DNA of 63,227 nt from positions 34,695,347 to 34,758,573 of the forward strand of contig NC_068996.1 in NCBI RefSeq assembly GCF_001194135.2. The letters are read 5' to 3'. Shown here piece after piece: positions 51,814 through 63,227 of the stretch. Numbering within the stretch: the stretch's first letter is position 1; the number at the start of each line of letters is the position of its first letter. Below the pieces are notes generated by a model. That model did no database searches. It was not told the origin of the DNA and saw only the letters and a program-made list of their open reading frames with translations. The DNA comes from Octopus bimaculoides. Its lineage: Eukaryota. A program made the position numbers and the translations under genes.

Positions 51814-52313
51814 TCGCTATGAGCGGGGACTTAACTCATGCTCCGATTTGAAAATTGTTAGAATTTATGGTTTAAAATTATTTTTAATACAAAAATTCAG
51901 GTCTTAGGAAGCAATAAAAAAAATAATAAATGGCCGATTCTGGGCATTTTCGACCATGAGGANNNNNNNNNNNNNNNNNNNNNNNNNNNNNNNNNNNNNN
52001 NNNNNNNNNNNNNNNNNNNNNNNNNNNNNNNNNNNNNNNNNNNNNNNNNNNNNNNNNNNNNNNNNNNNNNNNNNNNNNNNNNNNNNNNNNNNNNNNNNNN
52101 NNNNNNNNNNNNNNNNNNNNNNNNNNNNNNNNNNNNNNNNNNNNNNNNNNNNNNNNNNNNNNNNNNNNNNNNNNNNNNNNNNNNNNNNNNNNNNNNNNNN
52201 NNNNNNNNNNNNNNNNNNNNNNNNNNNNNNNNNNNNNNNNNNNNNNNNNNNNNNNNNNNNNATATATATATATATATATAGAAAGAGAGAGAGAGAGAGT
52301 AATGTAGGTAATA

Positions 52314-52625
52314 GGCACTCCATTGGTTTTGACAATGAAGATTCCAGTTGATCCAATCAATGGAACAGCCTGATCATGAAATTAACATACAAGTGGCTGA
52401 GGACTCCACAAACATGTGTAGTCAATGTAGTTATCAGGGAGATTCAGCATGACACAGAGTGTGATAAGGCTGGCCCTTTGAAATATTGGTACAACACAAT
52501 ATTGCCAGCTGAGTGGACTGGAGCAATGTGAAATAAAGTTTCTTGCTAAAAGACACAATGTACCACCAGGAATTGAATTAATGACCTTACAATCATGAGC
52601 CAATTACCCTAACTACAAACCACGT
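52314..52625 (-). mobile_element. SINE family D
   Basis: ggcactcc..ggaacagcctg..aagtggctgag..gattcagc(g/a)tgacacagagtgtga(c/t)aaggctggccctttgaa; copies at 55241-55530(-), 32425-32575(-) and 38140-38420(+). Confidence 0.75.
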
Positions 52626-53115
52626 GCCTTCACATACAGGTATGTCAAATATAAACAACATAAATTTTTGATCTATTAAAATTATCTCCATGTCTAGAAG
52701 ATGCATTATAATGAAATAGCAATTATGACCAGCTCAACTTGATAAGGGGAAATAATCTCATAAATCAAGAGTTCTCCAAAAGTGATGTGCCATTAAGGAA
52801 AAGAACAGGCTTATTGTCTGGAGATAGGAGGACATTCATAAACATATGTTTCTGGCTCAAAATCCTTCAAAGTACCACAACTGTCCAACATCATCGCCAT
52901 TAACCAAAGAACTTAGACTTATACAAAAACAGAATGGAAACCATTTATAGCTAAGGTAATTTGCATCATTTAATCAAAAACAAGCTAAGAGAAGTAACTG
53001 CAAGTGCCCTGTGTTATGTATTTGAATAACATTGACACTGGTCACACAAATACCATACCGCAAAGATTTTTTATATGAATGTGCATGTATATGTTATATA
53101 TGCATGTGTCAGTGT

Positions 53116-53157
<42 letters not shown>

Positions 53158-53619
53158 CATCATCATTATCATCATTTAATGTCTGCCTTCCATGCTGGCA
53201 TGGGTTGGACAGTTTGACAGGAGCCGACCAGGTAGAAGACTATACTGGACTATGTCTCTTTTGACATGGTTTTTACAACTGGATTTCCTTCCTAATGTGA
53301 ACCTGACCAAAGGACTAGCTATCTGAGTTGACAACAGTGTGATAGATAAAACAATTAAAGATACGAAAACAGTGAAAGCTCCTAGTCCATTATGAATTAC
53401 CACTAAGATGCTTAAAATATCTGAGTAGAATATGATCTAGCCACCTGTTTAGTTAATTAGGTTGTCTAGGAAGGTATCATACCTAATGACCTTAAAAGGG
53501 CAAAAGAAATTCCTTAGAGTGATATAATTGCAAAGATGTTAAATTGCTGGCCCAGGTGTTAAAAGTTATTAAAAGAGTTATATCTCAACTAATTAGGAAG
53601 AGAGTCAGCCTAGATGAGA

Positions 53620-54650
53620 TGTAGTCTTGCTTTGTACCTAGAAGAGTCACCAGAAGGCTATTACTTGGCATTTGTTGACATAGAGAAAGCTTTTGACAGG
53701 GCCCTTTGCTCCCTTATCACTGTGGAAGTCCAAACCATGTGCAGAGAACTGTCAGTAAGAATAGAGTTAGTAATGAATTTAGCATGCAGGTCGGAGTTCA
53801 TCAGGGCTCGGTTCTTAGTTCCCTCTAAGGCCATAACTGAAGAGTTTAAGTCTGCTTTTCAGGGCTCCTCTATACTCAAAGCCTTGTTCTTACAGCTGAA
53901 TCTGTAGAAGAATTAGGAAAGAAATTATAGGAATAGAAGCGAAATCTGGAATCAAAGGGCCTGAAAGTTACTTTAACTGAGATAAAGGGATTAGTGGTTT
54001 GTTCATATTCCTAATAAACAGGAAAACGAACAAACCACTAATCCCTTCAAGAAAATGGCTCTACTTGATGTATACAAAAGGTATTGCTAGAAATTCTTTA
54101 TTGTGTACCCAGTACAAAATGTGAACACAAAAAGTATAATTGAATCGCAAGAAGGTTAACTGAGAAAGTAGGCTTGGTGTGTGCATGAGAAATATACTCT
54201 AAGAATCTGCAGGAAATAGATTTTCTGAAAGACTCAGAACAATCCTTAGAAAAAGTGAATAGTTTCTGTTATTTAGATGACCTAATTAGCAGAGGAGGAT
54301 TCTATACTAGAATAAGAATGGACAGGATCAACTTTAGAGAGGTATTACTTCTTTTGACAACAAAATACCTTTCTCCCAGAGTGAAAAGCAGATTGTATGG
54401 TGCATGTGTATGAACAGCCATGCTACATTGTAGTGAAATGTAGGCCATGGGAACAGAAGATGTGCAAAGGGTAGAAAGAAGCAAGTATACTCTGCTGCTG
54501 GACATGCAACAGCAGTATGCATGCATGACAAAGTGCAAATGATTTAGAAGAAAAATTATGCCAAAGAGAATTCAGTTGTAATGAGAAGATTGCTTTTGTT
54601 TGGCCACATGATGCATATGGTTGAGGACCAGCTGCATAAAAAAGTGGCAA
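53620..54650 (+). mobile_element. Heavily decayed RTE LINE (RT to C-terminus)
   Basis: YLAFVDIEKAFDR, ITEEFK and later RLYGACV..AMLH remnants across frames. Confidence 0.65.
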
Positions 54651-55155
54651 TTGCTAAATCTGTATTTAACACCAAACCCTCCATCACTCTCCTGACTATG
54701 GCACTGTTCACTCAGCTGCTATAATTATATGAAAGCAGAACTGAAAATATTTTGTCCATCACCTTTTTGTGCTCCCATTTACCCTCCCTGGAACTTCTTG
54801 CTTTGCCTCGCATATTCTCAGTATCATCCCTTACTGTCTTATTTTCTACTTCACTTTTCCCCTTTACACATTCTCATTCTGCAAATGGTAACCATTACCT
54901 ATGCTCATCTCCTACTATTTCCACCCTTATGTATCTCTGACCTCATCCCAGACATTGTGCATCTTTCACACACTGCCCACACTCCACATCAAATGTGCTG
55001 CCTCTTATTGCTTCTAACTTCTCCCCACTAAAATTGTTATTCACTTCCACCTATGTTCACTATTCACTGCATTTACCTCTTCTCTTTCACTACAAGACAC
55101 TTGAGGGACAAACACAAATATTAACGCGCGCGCGCACACACACACACACACACAC

Positions 55156-55156
<1 letters not shown>

Positions 55157-55240
<84 letters not shown>
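55157..55240. repeat. (GATA)n microsatellite; one of many (TA)n 3925-3995, poly-T 24897-24941, (GA)n 57705-57760 and 63160-63227
   Basis: Seen directly. Confidence 0.95.
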
Positions 55241-55532
55241 CTGGCACTCTGTCAGTTACATCTGATAAATGGACAGCCTGCTCATAGAATTAATGTGCAA
55301 GTGACTGAGCACCCCACAGACATGTGTACTCTTAATGTAGATTTCAGGGAGATTCAGTGTGACACAGAATGTGATAAGGCTGGCCCTTGGAATTACAGGT
55401 ACTACTCGTTTTTGCCAACTGAGTGGACTGGAGCAATGTGAGATAAAGTGACTTGCTCAAGGACACAGTGCACCACTGGAAATCAAACTCACAACCTTAC
55501 AGTCATGAGCTAAATACCCCTAACCACTCAGC

Positions 55533-56128
55533 ACATTCCAAAAATTTTGAGACTTTTTTTTACAAGAGTCAGCTATAACCGTCTTAGATAATTGTAATTT
55601 TAGTATATCATTATATATCTAATAAGCTGACCCGACAACTTTTATCGTTTCTGATAGAAGGGAATGGCTGAAACAGCACTTTGAACACACCCTACTAAGC
55701 ACTGCTTGTCAGAGCCAACTAGTTTGCAGGATGTAGTTGAGATTTGAAGGCAATCTTGAAGCTTGCTGTTGGCAAAAACATTACAGAAACTTATGAAATG
55801 ATCTTGACTGCTTATGGATTAACTTGTAGGAGCCAAGGATCTGTTTTTCACTGGCAAAGCAAGTCTACCAGGAAGCTCATGATGAACTCCTTTTTTGATA
55901 GCAAGGGTGTTATTTACATCCATTAAGTTCTCTCTAGGCAGACAGTTAACAAAGAGTATGAGAAGATGAAGGAGGCTGTGAGAAGGGTCCTGGACACCTT
56001 CATGAAGTGGTTGGAGCACTACAAGGGCACTGAAGTCAGAGTATCCTACTTTGAAGGATTAGAGTTTTGTACTTCTTTGAAATTAATGTCTCTCCTGAAA
56101 AAGTCTCCAAACCTCTGGAATCACCTTG
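55533..56128 (+). mobile_element. Mariner remnant
   Basis: ILKLAVGKNITETYEMILTAYG and KLMMNSFFDSKGVIY resemble mariner transposase; right TIR aaaagtctccaaacctctggaatcaccttg-TA; partial left TIR. Confidence 0.7.
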
Positions 56129-57703
56129 TATACATACAATTGGGATTCTGTCAGTTTCTGTCTATCAAGTCCAGTCACAAGTCTTTGGTCAGCCCCAAGG
56201 TGCTATGTAGTGAGACTGAACCTAGAACCATATATCTGGAAAGCCAATTTCTGATCACACTTGTACCTGTAAAGTGGTTGGTTTTCTACATGTGTGTAAC
56301 AAATATATGTTACTGATAGGAGATTATCTAAACTTTGTGGGGCAGTATGATATGCACCAAATGAATCAACAGAAGCCAAAATATTATACAGATTTTATTT
56401 TCATCTCACAATCCATCATTAGGAACAGTAAACATAGGCTCTGGCAGTCTGCTGTTTTGAAGTGGAAAGAGGAAATTAACAATGGCAAAGCTCACACACT
56501 TTTTGTAATATTTGTATTGATTGTAAGACAGCAAGTTGGCAGAATCATTAACATACTGGGCAAAATACTTAGTGGTATTTCATCTGTTTTTATGTTCTGA
56601 GTTGACTTTGTTTCACCCTTTCAGAGTTGATAAAATAAGTACCAGTTAAATATTGAGGGTAATGCAATCAACTTACCCCAGCCCCAAAATTGCTAGCTTT
56701 GTGCCAAAATTTGTAACTAATATTTGTGTTGGTTATAGGTGTTAGGAAGAGATTGGCATGCCAGAGAGTGAACAAGCACAAGAAAAAGTTGTTTAAAAGT
56801 GAAAACTAACTATCCTAAAATATTTGGAGAGAGGTTTGAATTTATATATGTTGGAAAATTGAAAGGAGGTTGGAGAACAATTGAAAGTAAATGAGTTTGC
56901 CCCTGTTGAACTGAATTTAACCTAAGAATATTAAGTTAAATGATAGAACTTACCTAAGTATGACAGTTGGCTTATAAATTTCTTAGTACTAATGCCAAGA
57001 ATGATAGAATGGAATATATAGGAAAAATCTAGACTAAGGTATTGATTCCAGGCTAAGAATCTAGGAAATGATTTGCTTCATGTGTATAATATTGTATATC
57101 AATTTTGTATTTCTGTGATCACTGCTTTGGCAATATCAGTGCCATTTATACTTTACTGATGAAGTTTGATACAAGAGAAGATGTCTCATAATAATGGAAT
57201 AATCAAAATATAATTAGTCACCAACTAATATTGATTATTTCTTACCAATTAATTATTTATAATTAGTTTTTGATACGCTCACCACATTAAGAAAATCCAT
57301 AAAAGTTAATTGTTTCAAAGCTGAATTATAAAATATATTTGTTTAAAGAAAATATGCAGCAAATAAACAAAAGAAATGGATGTAAATGAGTAAAATACAA
57401 AGAATACATTTAATCATCATCTTTAGCATGCCTTTTTCCATGCTGGCATTGGTTGGATGGTTTCACATGAATTGATGAGCCAGATGGCTATGCTGAGCCC
57501 CCAAAACTGCTTTGGCAAGGTTTCTACAAGTGGATGCCCTTCCTCATACAACCACTTCATAAAGCATACTGGGGCTTTTTTTTTTATGGCAGCAGGGCTG
57601 ATGATGTCATTAAGTACTTGCAAGAGAAGACTCTTCAACTGAGTGGGGCATAGTTTTGAGGGATATAAAAGTATGACTAAGGGACAGAAGCAAGCATCTT
57701 GCT

Positions 57704-57762
<59 letters not shown>

Positions 57763-58149
57763 TATGTGGTCAAGGTACAAGGTGAATATGAGAGAGAGGA
57801 TACAGACAGTGCAGCAGAAAAGGTCAATGGGTAGGTTAAGTGCATTCAAGTGAAAAGTGTGGAAAAGAATCCTAGAGGAATATTCCATATTTTCTCATGT
57901 ACAATGTAAGAATTTTTTTTTAAATGCAGGAGGAACATAACTGTGAGAAAGTGTTATAGAAGAGAATATAAGAAAATATAAAAGACAGTAAGACAGTAGT
58001 GGCTTAAGGGACATAAAATTGGGGTTGAGTTACAATTAAGATGAAATATTACTTGGCTAAATATGGTTTGCATGGTGTATTTCATCACTAATCAATACAC
58101 AAGGAATATAAATAGTTTTAAATGGACAGCAGCTCCAGTTCACTTTGCT

Positions 58150-58790
58150 GACTAATACATTTAACTGTTAACAGTCCAGTCTGCCTAGCTGCAAGTAGGT
58201 ACCACAGTGTGGTATAGTTCACTTTACTCTGTCCATGACCAACACACTTAACTGTCAATAGTCCAGTCTATTTAGCTATGTGTAGGTACTGCAGTGTGAT
58301 ATAGCATTCTGTACTGTGTCAATGACCAACACACTTAACCGTCAACAGTTCAGTCTACTTAGCTGTAAGAGGGTACCACAGTGTGGTATATTGCAGTGCT
58401 CTGCAACTCTTTTTCACTTGATGGCACACCTGAACTGAAAACATAACTAAAAGTATAGTGGAAAAGATTATATTCAGGTTACACTGTGGCACCCCTAACA
58501 TTGTCTCATGGCACACCAGTGTGCCATGGCATAACGGTTGCAGACCACTGGTATACTTCACAGTACTGTATCTAAGGCCAATACATTTAACTGTCAACAG
58601 TCCAGTCTATCAAGCCGTAAGTAGGTACTACAATGTGGTATAGTTCATTGTACTGCGTCCATGACCAACACACTTAATTGTCAACAGTCCAGTCTACTTA
58701 GCTGCAAGTAGGTAACACAGTGTGATATATTTCACTGTACTGTGTCCAAGATCAACACATTTGACTCAGTCTACTTAGCTGAGTATATGC
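58150..58790. repeat. About 86-bp minisatellite (about 5-6 units) interrupted by a hAT MITE
   Basis: Repeated ttaactgtcaacagtccagtctacttagctg..gtaggtaccacagtgtggtatag...tgtccatgaccaacacac. Confidence 0.85.
58394..58550. mobile_element. hAT MITE inserted in a minisatellite
   Basis: TIRs cagtgctctgcaac / gttgcagaccactg; flanks gtatattg / gtatactt. Confidence 0.7.
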
Positions 58791-59039
58791 CTGTAGTTGG
58801 AGAAAAGGAAAGGAGAAATGACACCTACCCCAAAAGTGAGGGCACCTATGGTTATATGGATTTTTTTCATGAGCAGCCCATTGTTGATTTTTTTTTCTCC
58901 ATTATGTTAATCTTGTTTACACACAAAACCCTCACAACAACACACACTCACACACATACACACACACATTCTTTATATTGTCCTGAATTATTTATAATGT
59001 TTTTCTTAATATAAGCCCTTTGTGGTCAATAAAGAAATC

Positions 59040-59265
59040 ATCATCATTATTATTATTATTTTGGTTTGTCTCAGGTTTGGACTTATTCCTGGTAGGATTT
59101 ATTTAGGTAGCGGGTTACTACCTGTAACCTTAGGTATCTACAAGTTTTCAGCACTCTTTCAAGTTCTTAGAACCCTCCTGATAATCCTTGCTGTCCCTAA
59201 GAGAGAAAATTTCTGTAGGAGCTCTACAGGACATTCTATTTCAATCTCCCTCAGCCATTTGTCTA
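59040..59265 (-). mobile_element. R4/Dong-type element, extreme C-terminus and 3' end
   Basis: Minus strand reads DKWLREIEIECPVELLQKFSLLGTARIIRRVL*, then short UTR and (TAA/TGA)n tail. Confidence 0.6.
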
Positions 59266-59271
59266 TAAAAA

Positions 59272-59317
<46 letters not shown>

Positions 59318-59543
59318 GGTGCAGGAGTGGCTGTGTGGTAAGTAGCTTGCTTACCAACCACATGGTTCTGGGTTCATTCCCACTGCATGGCATCTTGGGC
59401 AAGTGTCTTCTACTATAGCCTCGGGCTGACCAAAGCCTTGTGAGTGGATTTGGTAGATGGAAACTGAAAGAAGCCCGTCGTATATATGTATATATATATG
59501 TGTGTGTGTGTGTTTGTGTCTGTGTTTGTCCCCACAACATCGC
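59318..59543 (+). mobile_element. tRNA-derived SINE family B
   Basis: ggtgcaggagtggctgtgtggtaagtagcttgcttaccaaccacatggttctgggttca... Other copies: 5085-5360(-), 10300-10668(+), 19115-19475(+), 37535-37970(+), 38610-38810(-), 50840-51135(-), 47425-47545(-), 56140-56285(-). Confidence 0.85.
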
Positions 59544-60356
59544 NNNNNNNNNNNNNNNNNNNNNNNNNNNNNNNNNNNNNNNNNNNNNNNNNNNNNNNNN
59601 NNNNNNNNNNNNNNNNNNNNNNNNNNNNNNNNNNNNNNNNNNNNNNNNNNNNNNNNNNNNNNNNNNNNNNNNNNNNNNNNNNNNNNNNNNNNNNNNNNNN
59701 NNNNNNNNNNNNNNNNNNNNNNNNNNNNNNNNNNNNNNNNNNNNNNNNNNNNNNNNATGTATGCAGCATGGTGATCGCATATCAAGATAAACAGCACATG
59801 ACCTTGCATGTGGGGCCCAGTTAGAATTTTCTTCCGGTCGAGTAGCCCATCCCACTCAAATGGTCCTTGAATAAGGTTTGTTTAAGGATGCTGAATGAAA
59901 CACCCATGTTTCCAGAGGTGAATTATCCAAACCCCAGAGAATTCCTCTCAACACTCCCCCACTACTTCTGCTCATGATCAGAGGTGCACATATCGTCAGC
60001 CACTAAGGGACATGCTCAACTGGTTATGGTCAAACAACTGACAAGCAAATCTGTGGTATTGAGCAGAATATTTGGTGTAGCCCATCTTTTATACCAAGAC
60101 AAGACAATGTACATGATAACACTTCCAATCAATTAAGATCAAAAACCATGAGAGCCACTGCCTGGTACTGCATCGGGGTATTTATTATCATTATTATTAT
60201 TATTATTATTATTATAATTATTATTATTATTATTATTATTATCGTCGTCATTGTTATTATTATAATTGTTGTTGTTGTTATTATTATCGTGTTCAATACA
60301 GTGCTTTCATTGGTGAACATAACAACTGTCTACAACCAGTAGACTACAGTAACTTT

Positions 60357-60722
60357 CATCATCATCATCATCATCATCATCATTTAACGTCCGCTTTCCA
60401 TGCTAGCACGGGTTGGACGATTTGACTGAGGACTGGTGAACCACATGGCTGTGCCAGGCTCCAATCTGATCTGGCAGAGTTTCTACAGCTGGATGCCTTT
60501 CTTAACGCCAACCACTCCGAGAGTGTAGTGGGTGCTTTTACGTTCCACCGGCACGAAGGCCAGTCAGGCGGTACTGACAACAGCCATGCTCAAAATGGTG
60601 TATTTTACGTGCCACCTGCACAAGAGCCAGTCCAGCGGCACTGGCAACGAACTTGATCGAAAGTCTTTACACGTGCCACCAGCACAAGTGCCAGAAAGGC
60701 AACACTAGGCACAGATGCCATC
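60357..60722 (-). mobile_element. SINE family A ((ATG)n tail), best-preserved copy
   Basis: catcatcatttaacgtccgctttccatgctagcacgggttggacg... Other copies: 8678-8815(-), 11805-11982(+), 12343-12603(+), 15520-15685(+), 26514-26655(-), 33790-34060(+), 40883-41005(-), 45205-45425(+), 53158-53330(-), 57415-57620(-). Confidence 0.85.
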
Positions 60723-60899
60723 ACGATTCATGAAAATTTAAAGAACTCTGTGGAGAATTTGTGAAGTTACTAGCAACACTGTTTTCTGTAGATGTTCTCT
60801 CTTCACATTTATTCCTATCTTATCATTCCAATTTGTGATTGTTAATATTACTATTATTCCAAAGTTATTATATGCTAATTTAATTTGCTACATTGTTAT

Positions 60900-61235
60900 C
60901 TTGAGGCTTGATGACAACGAGTGTCCTCAAATTTCAAGAATCTTTCTTAGGATTTTCACAGTGTACAGAATTGCACTTTAATGTAGGTTGACTATGTGAG
61001 TCTGAATACCAGGTTCCTTCAACCTTTTGGCTATACTCTTGTGCCAAATACACCAATTACCACAGGAATATCTGCAGTCTTAGTCTTCTACAATTTCTTC
61101 ATTTCTGTGGCTAGGGCCTGATATTTCTCAAATTTCTTTCAATTCCTTTGGTATCATTCTGTTATCACATAGTATTGCAAAGTATTTGATCTTATACTGT
61201 TAGTTTCTTTTATCCTCTAAAATTATATCTAGTAA
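60900..61235 (-). mobile_element. Decayed RLE-type LINE fragment
   Basis: Minus strand reads LDIILED...KFEKYQALATEMKKL*KTKTADIPVVIGVFG. Confidence 0.55.
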
Positions 61236-61384
61236 TTATAAAATGCTTCAACAGTATGATCAGTCTTTATGGAGAAAATCCTATAATTCTTATTCTCTGT
61301 CAGAGCCTTTGCTAAAATGTTGTTACAATTGTCGTCGTCGTCGTCATCGTCGTCATCATCATAATTATCATTATCATTATTTAG

Positions 61385-62014
61385 GTGCCAAGCTGGCAGA
61401 ATTGTTAGCACACTGGGCAAAATGAATAGCGGCATTTCATTCGTCATTACATTCTGAGAACAAATTCTGCTGGGATCAAGTTTGCCTTTTATCTTTTCGG
61501 GGTCAATAAATTAAGTACCAGTGAAACACTGAGGTCGATGCAATAGACTATACCCCTACCCCAAAATTTCAGGTCATGTGTCTATAGTAGAAAGGATTAT
61601 AGTTATTATTATTATTATTATTATTATTATCATTATTAAGGCGGCAAGCTGGCAGAATCCTTAGCACACTGGGAGAAATGCTTAGTAGTAATTTGTCTGC
61701 CGCTACGTTCTGAGTTCAAATACTGACTTTGCTTTTCATCCTTTTGGGGTCGATAAATTAAGTACCAGTTACGCACTGGGATTGATATAATCAACTAGTT
61801 CCCTTCCCCAAATTTCAGGCCTTGTGCCTATAATAGAAAGGATTATTATTATTATCATTATTATTGTTGTTGTTGTTGTTGTTGTTGTTGTTATTATTAT
61901 TATTATTATTATATTAAGGCAGTGAGCTAGCAGAATCATTAGCATGCTGGATGAAATGCTTAACAGCATTTCAGCCGTCTTTGTTCAGAATTCAAATTCC
62001 ACCGAGGTCAACTT
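61385..62014 (+). mobile_element. Three head-to-tail copies of tRNA-derived SINE family C
   Basis: ggcggcaagctggcagaatc(g)ttagca...gagttcaaatt...tttgcctttcatcctttcggggtc at about 61385, 61638 and 61915, separated by (TTA)n/(TTG)n; further copies at 18860-19075, about 50130-50280 and about 56560-56720. Confidence 0.85.
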
Positions 62015-62365
62015 NNNNNNNNNNNNNNNNNNNNNNNNNNNNNNNNNNNNNNNNNNNNNNNNNNNNNNNNNNNNNNNNNNNNNNNNNNNNNNNNNNNNNN
62101 NNNNNNNNNNNNNNNNNNNNNNNNNNNNNNNNNNNNNNNNNNNNNNNNNNNNNNNNNNNNNNNNNNNNNNNNNNNNNNNNNNNNNNNNNNNNNNNNNNNN
62201 NNNNNNNNNNNNNNNNNNNNNNNNNNNNNNNNNNNNNNNNNNNNNNNNNNNNNNNNNNNNNNNNNNNNNNNNNNNNNNNNNNNNNNNNNNNNNNNNNNNN
62301 NNNNNNNNNNNNNNNNNNNNNNNNNNNNNNNNNNNNNNNNNNNNNNNNNNNNNNNNNNNNNNNNN

Positions 62366-62620
62366 TGATGGCGTAGTGGTTAAGAGCGTGGGCTACTAAC
62401 CCCAAGATTCCAAGTTCGATTCACGACCTGATTAATAATAATAATAATAATAATAATATAATAATAGTAACATCGTTAGGAATGAGAACCCAGGTTCGAA
62501 ATTTCCCCAAGACACCTGACAAAGGCTGGAGGGTATAACAGCCGAAATGTTGTGTTAACAACAAACAAGATGAGGACAAATATCCGTCAAATGTAAATGA
62601 TGTAAATAATGTAAATAATT
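62366..62620 (+). mobile_element. tRNA-derived SINE (family E): Pol III head, (TAA)n, hammerhead-bearing tail
   Basis: A box TGGCGTAGTGG, anticodon-like arm gggctactaacccc, B box GTTCGATTC, then (TAA)n and the tail shared with 1188-1335, ending in (TGTAAATAA)-like repeats; 5' end abuts an N gap. Confidence 0.8.
62511..62556 (+). ncRNA. Degenerate minimal type I hammerhead ribozyme, copy 2
   Basis: GACAC-CUGACAA-A-GGCUG[GAGGGUAUAA]CAGCC-GAAA-UGUU-GUGUU; stems I and II and GAAA intact, G8 mutated, CpG decay in stem III. Confidence 0.62.
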
Positions 62621-63151
62621 CCTCATCTCTTAAATATAGAACTGCATTATTATTGTTATTGTTATTATTATTGTTGTTGTTCTTTTTACCATTTTTTTTT
62701 AATGTAAAGAATGCAAGATACAACAATAACAACCACCACCATCAACGACAACACAACGACACAACAACAACAACAACAACAACAACAGCAGCAGCAGCAG
62801 CAGCAGCCACAATAGCAACAACCAAACCTATTTTGCCTTGTTCTCTTTGTTTCAGCCTTTTTCTCACAAGGATTGGCCTTTTCAGTGATCAACCTCATTA
62901 ATATAGACAGGCCACACAATCAAGAAGAAATTGAAATTCTCAGACACAGTGAAATAGCCACTGCTGTCGTCGCTGGCAATTCTGTCCCAATTCTCTGCTA
63001 TAAAGGAATTATCTGTGACATCAAAGGGGATCAAACATATTTTCTGATCTCTGTGGACACATGAGAAAATTTGAACAATTTACTATTTAACTTTGCAGTC
63101 GTGTGATCAGGTTTTTGTGTGCATATGTGTCTGTGTGTATGAGTATGCTTA

Positions 63152-63227
<76 letters not shown>

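Noticed and set aside
58150-58790. CRISPR-like array
   Set aside because: The units are wholly repetitive with no unique spacers, and the context is eukaryotic, so this is a minisatellite.
60140-60180. Short resemblance to the U2 snRNA 3' end (cctggtactgca)
   Set aside because: The match is only about 12 nt, sits inside what looks like a dispersed repeat (59757-60180), and there is no Sm site or branch-point pairing region.
51884-62405. Long ORFs containing X runs
   Set aside because: Read-through of assembly gaps.
62366-62430. Functional tRNA gene
   Set aside because: No complete acceptor stem, atypical ACT anticodon position, and it is fused to a SINE body.

Overview
AT-rich, microsatellite- and SINE-dense animal genomic DNA. 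The repeat families look like Octopus or another cephalopod (inferred). It is a draft assembly with five N gaps. The only well-supported protein gene is the 3' part of HERC2 on the + strand: 17 GT-AG exons from 5424 to 30668, 2949 nt (982 aa plus stop), frame-consistent at every junction. They encode the pre-RLD3 segment, the RCC1-like domain RLD3 and the HECT domain. No upstream HERC2 exon was found in 1-5423. The rest is transposon debris: Tx1/L1-type LINE 3' end, RTE LINE pieces (one family with three C2H2 fingers), R4/Dong-like endonuclease pieces, a Penelope-like element, Tc1/mariner remnants, hAT, piggyBac-like and Tigger-like MITEs, and at least five SINE families. Best leads: (1) a tRNA-headed SINE whose two copies (1241-1284 and 62511-62556) together reconstruct a complete Penelope-type minimal hammerhead ribozyme; (2) two paralogous long hairpins in the largest HERC2 intron, each followed by a different half of a hammerhead-like core; (3) a CpG-retaining block upstream of the first visible exon, which could mark an internal promoter for a short RLD+HECT form. 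All alignments and folds were done by eye.
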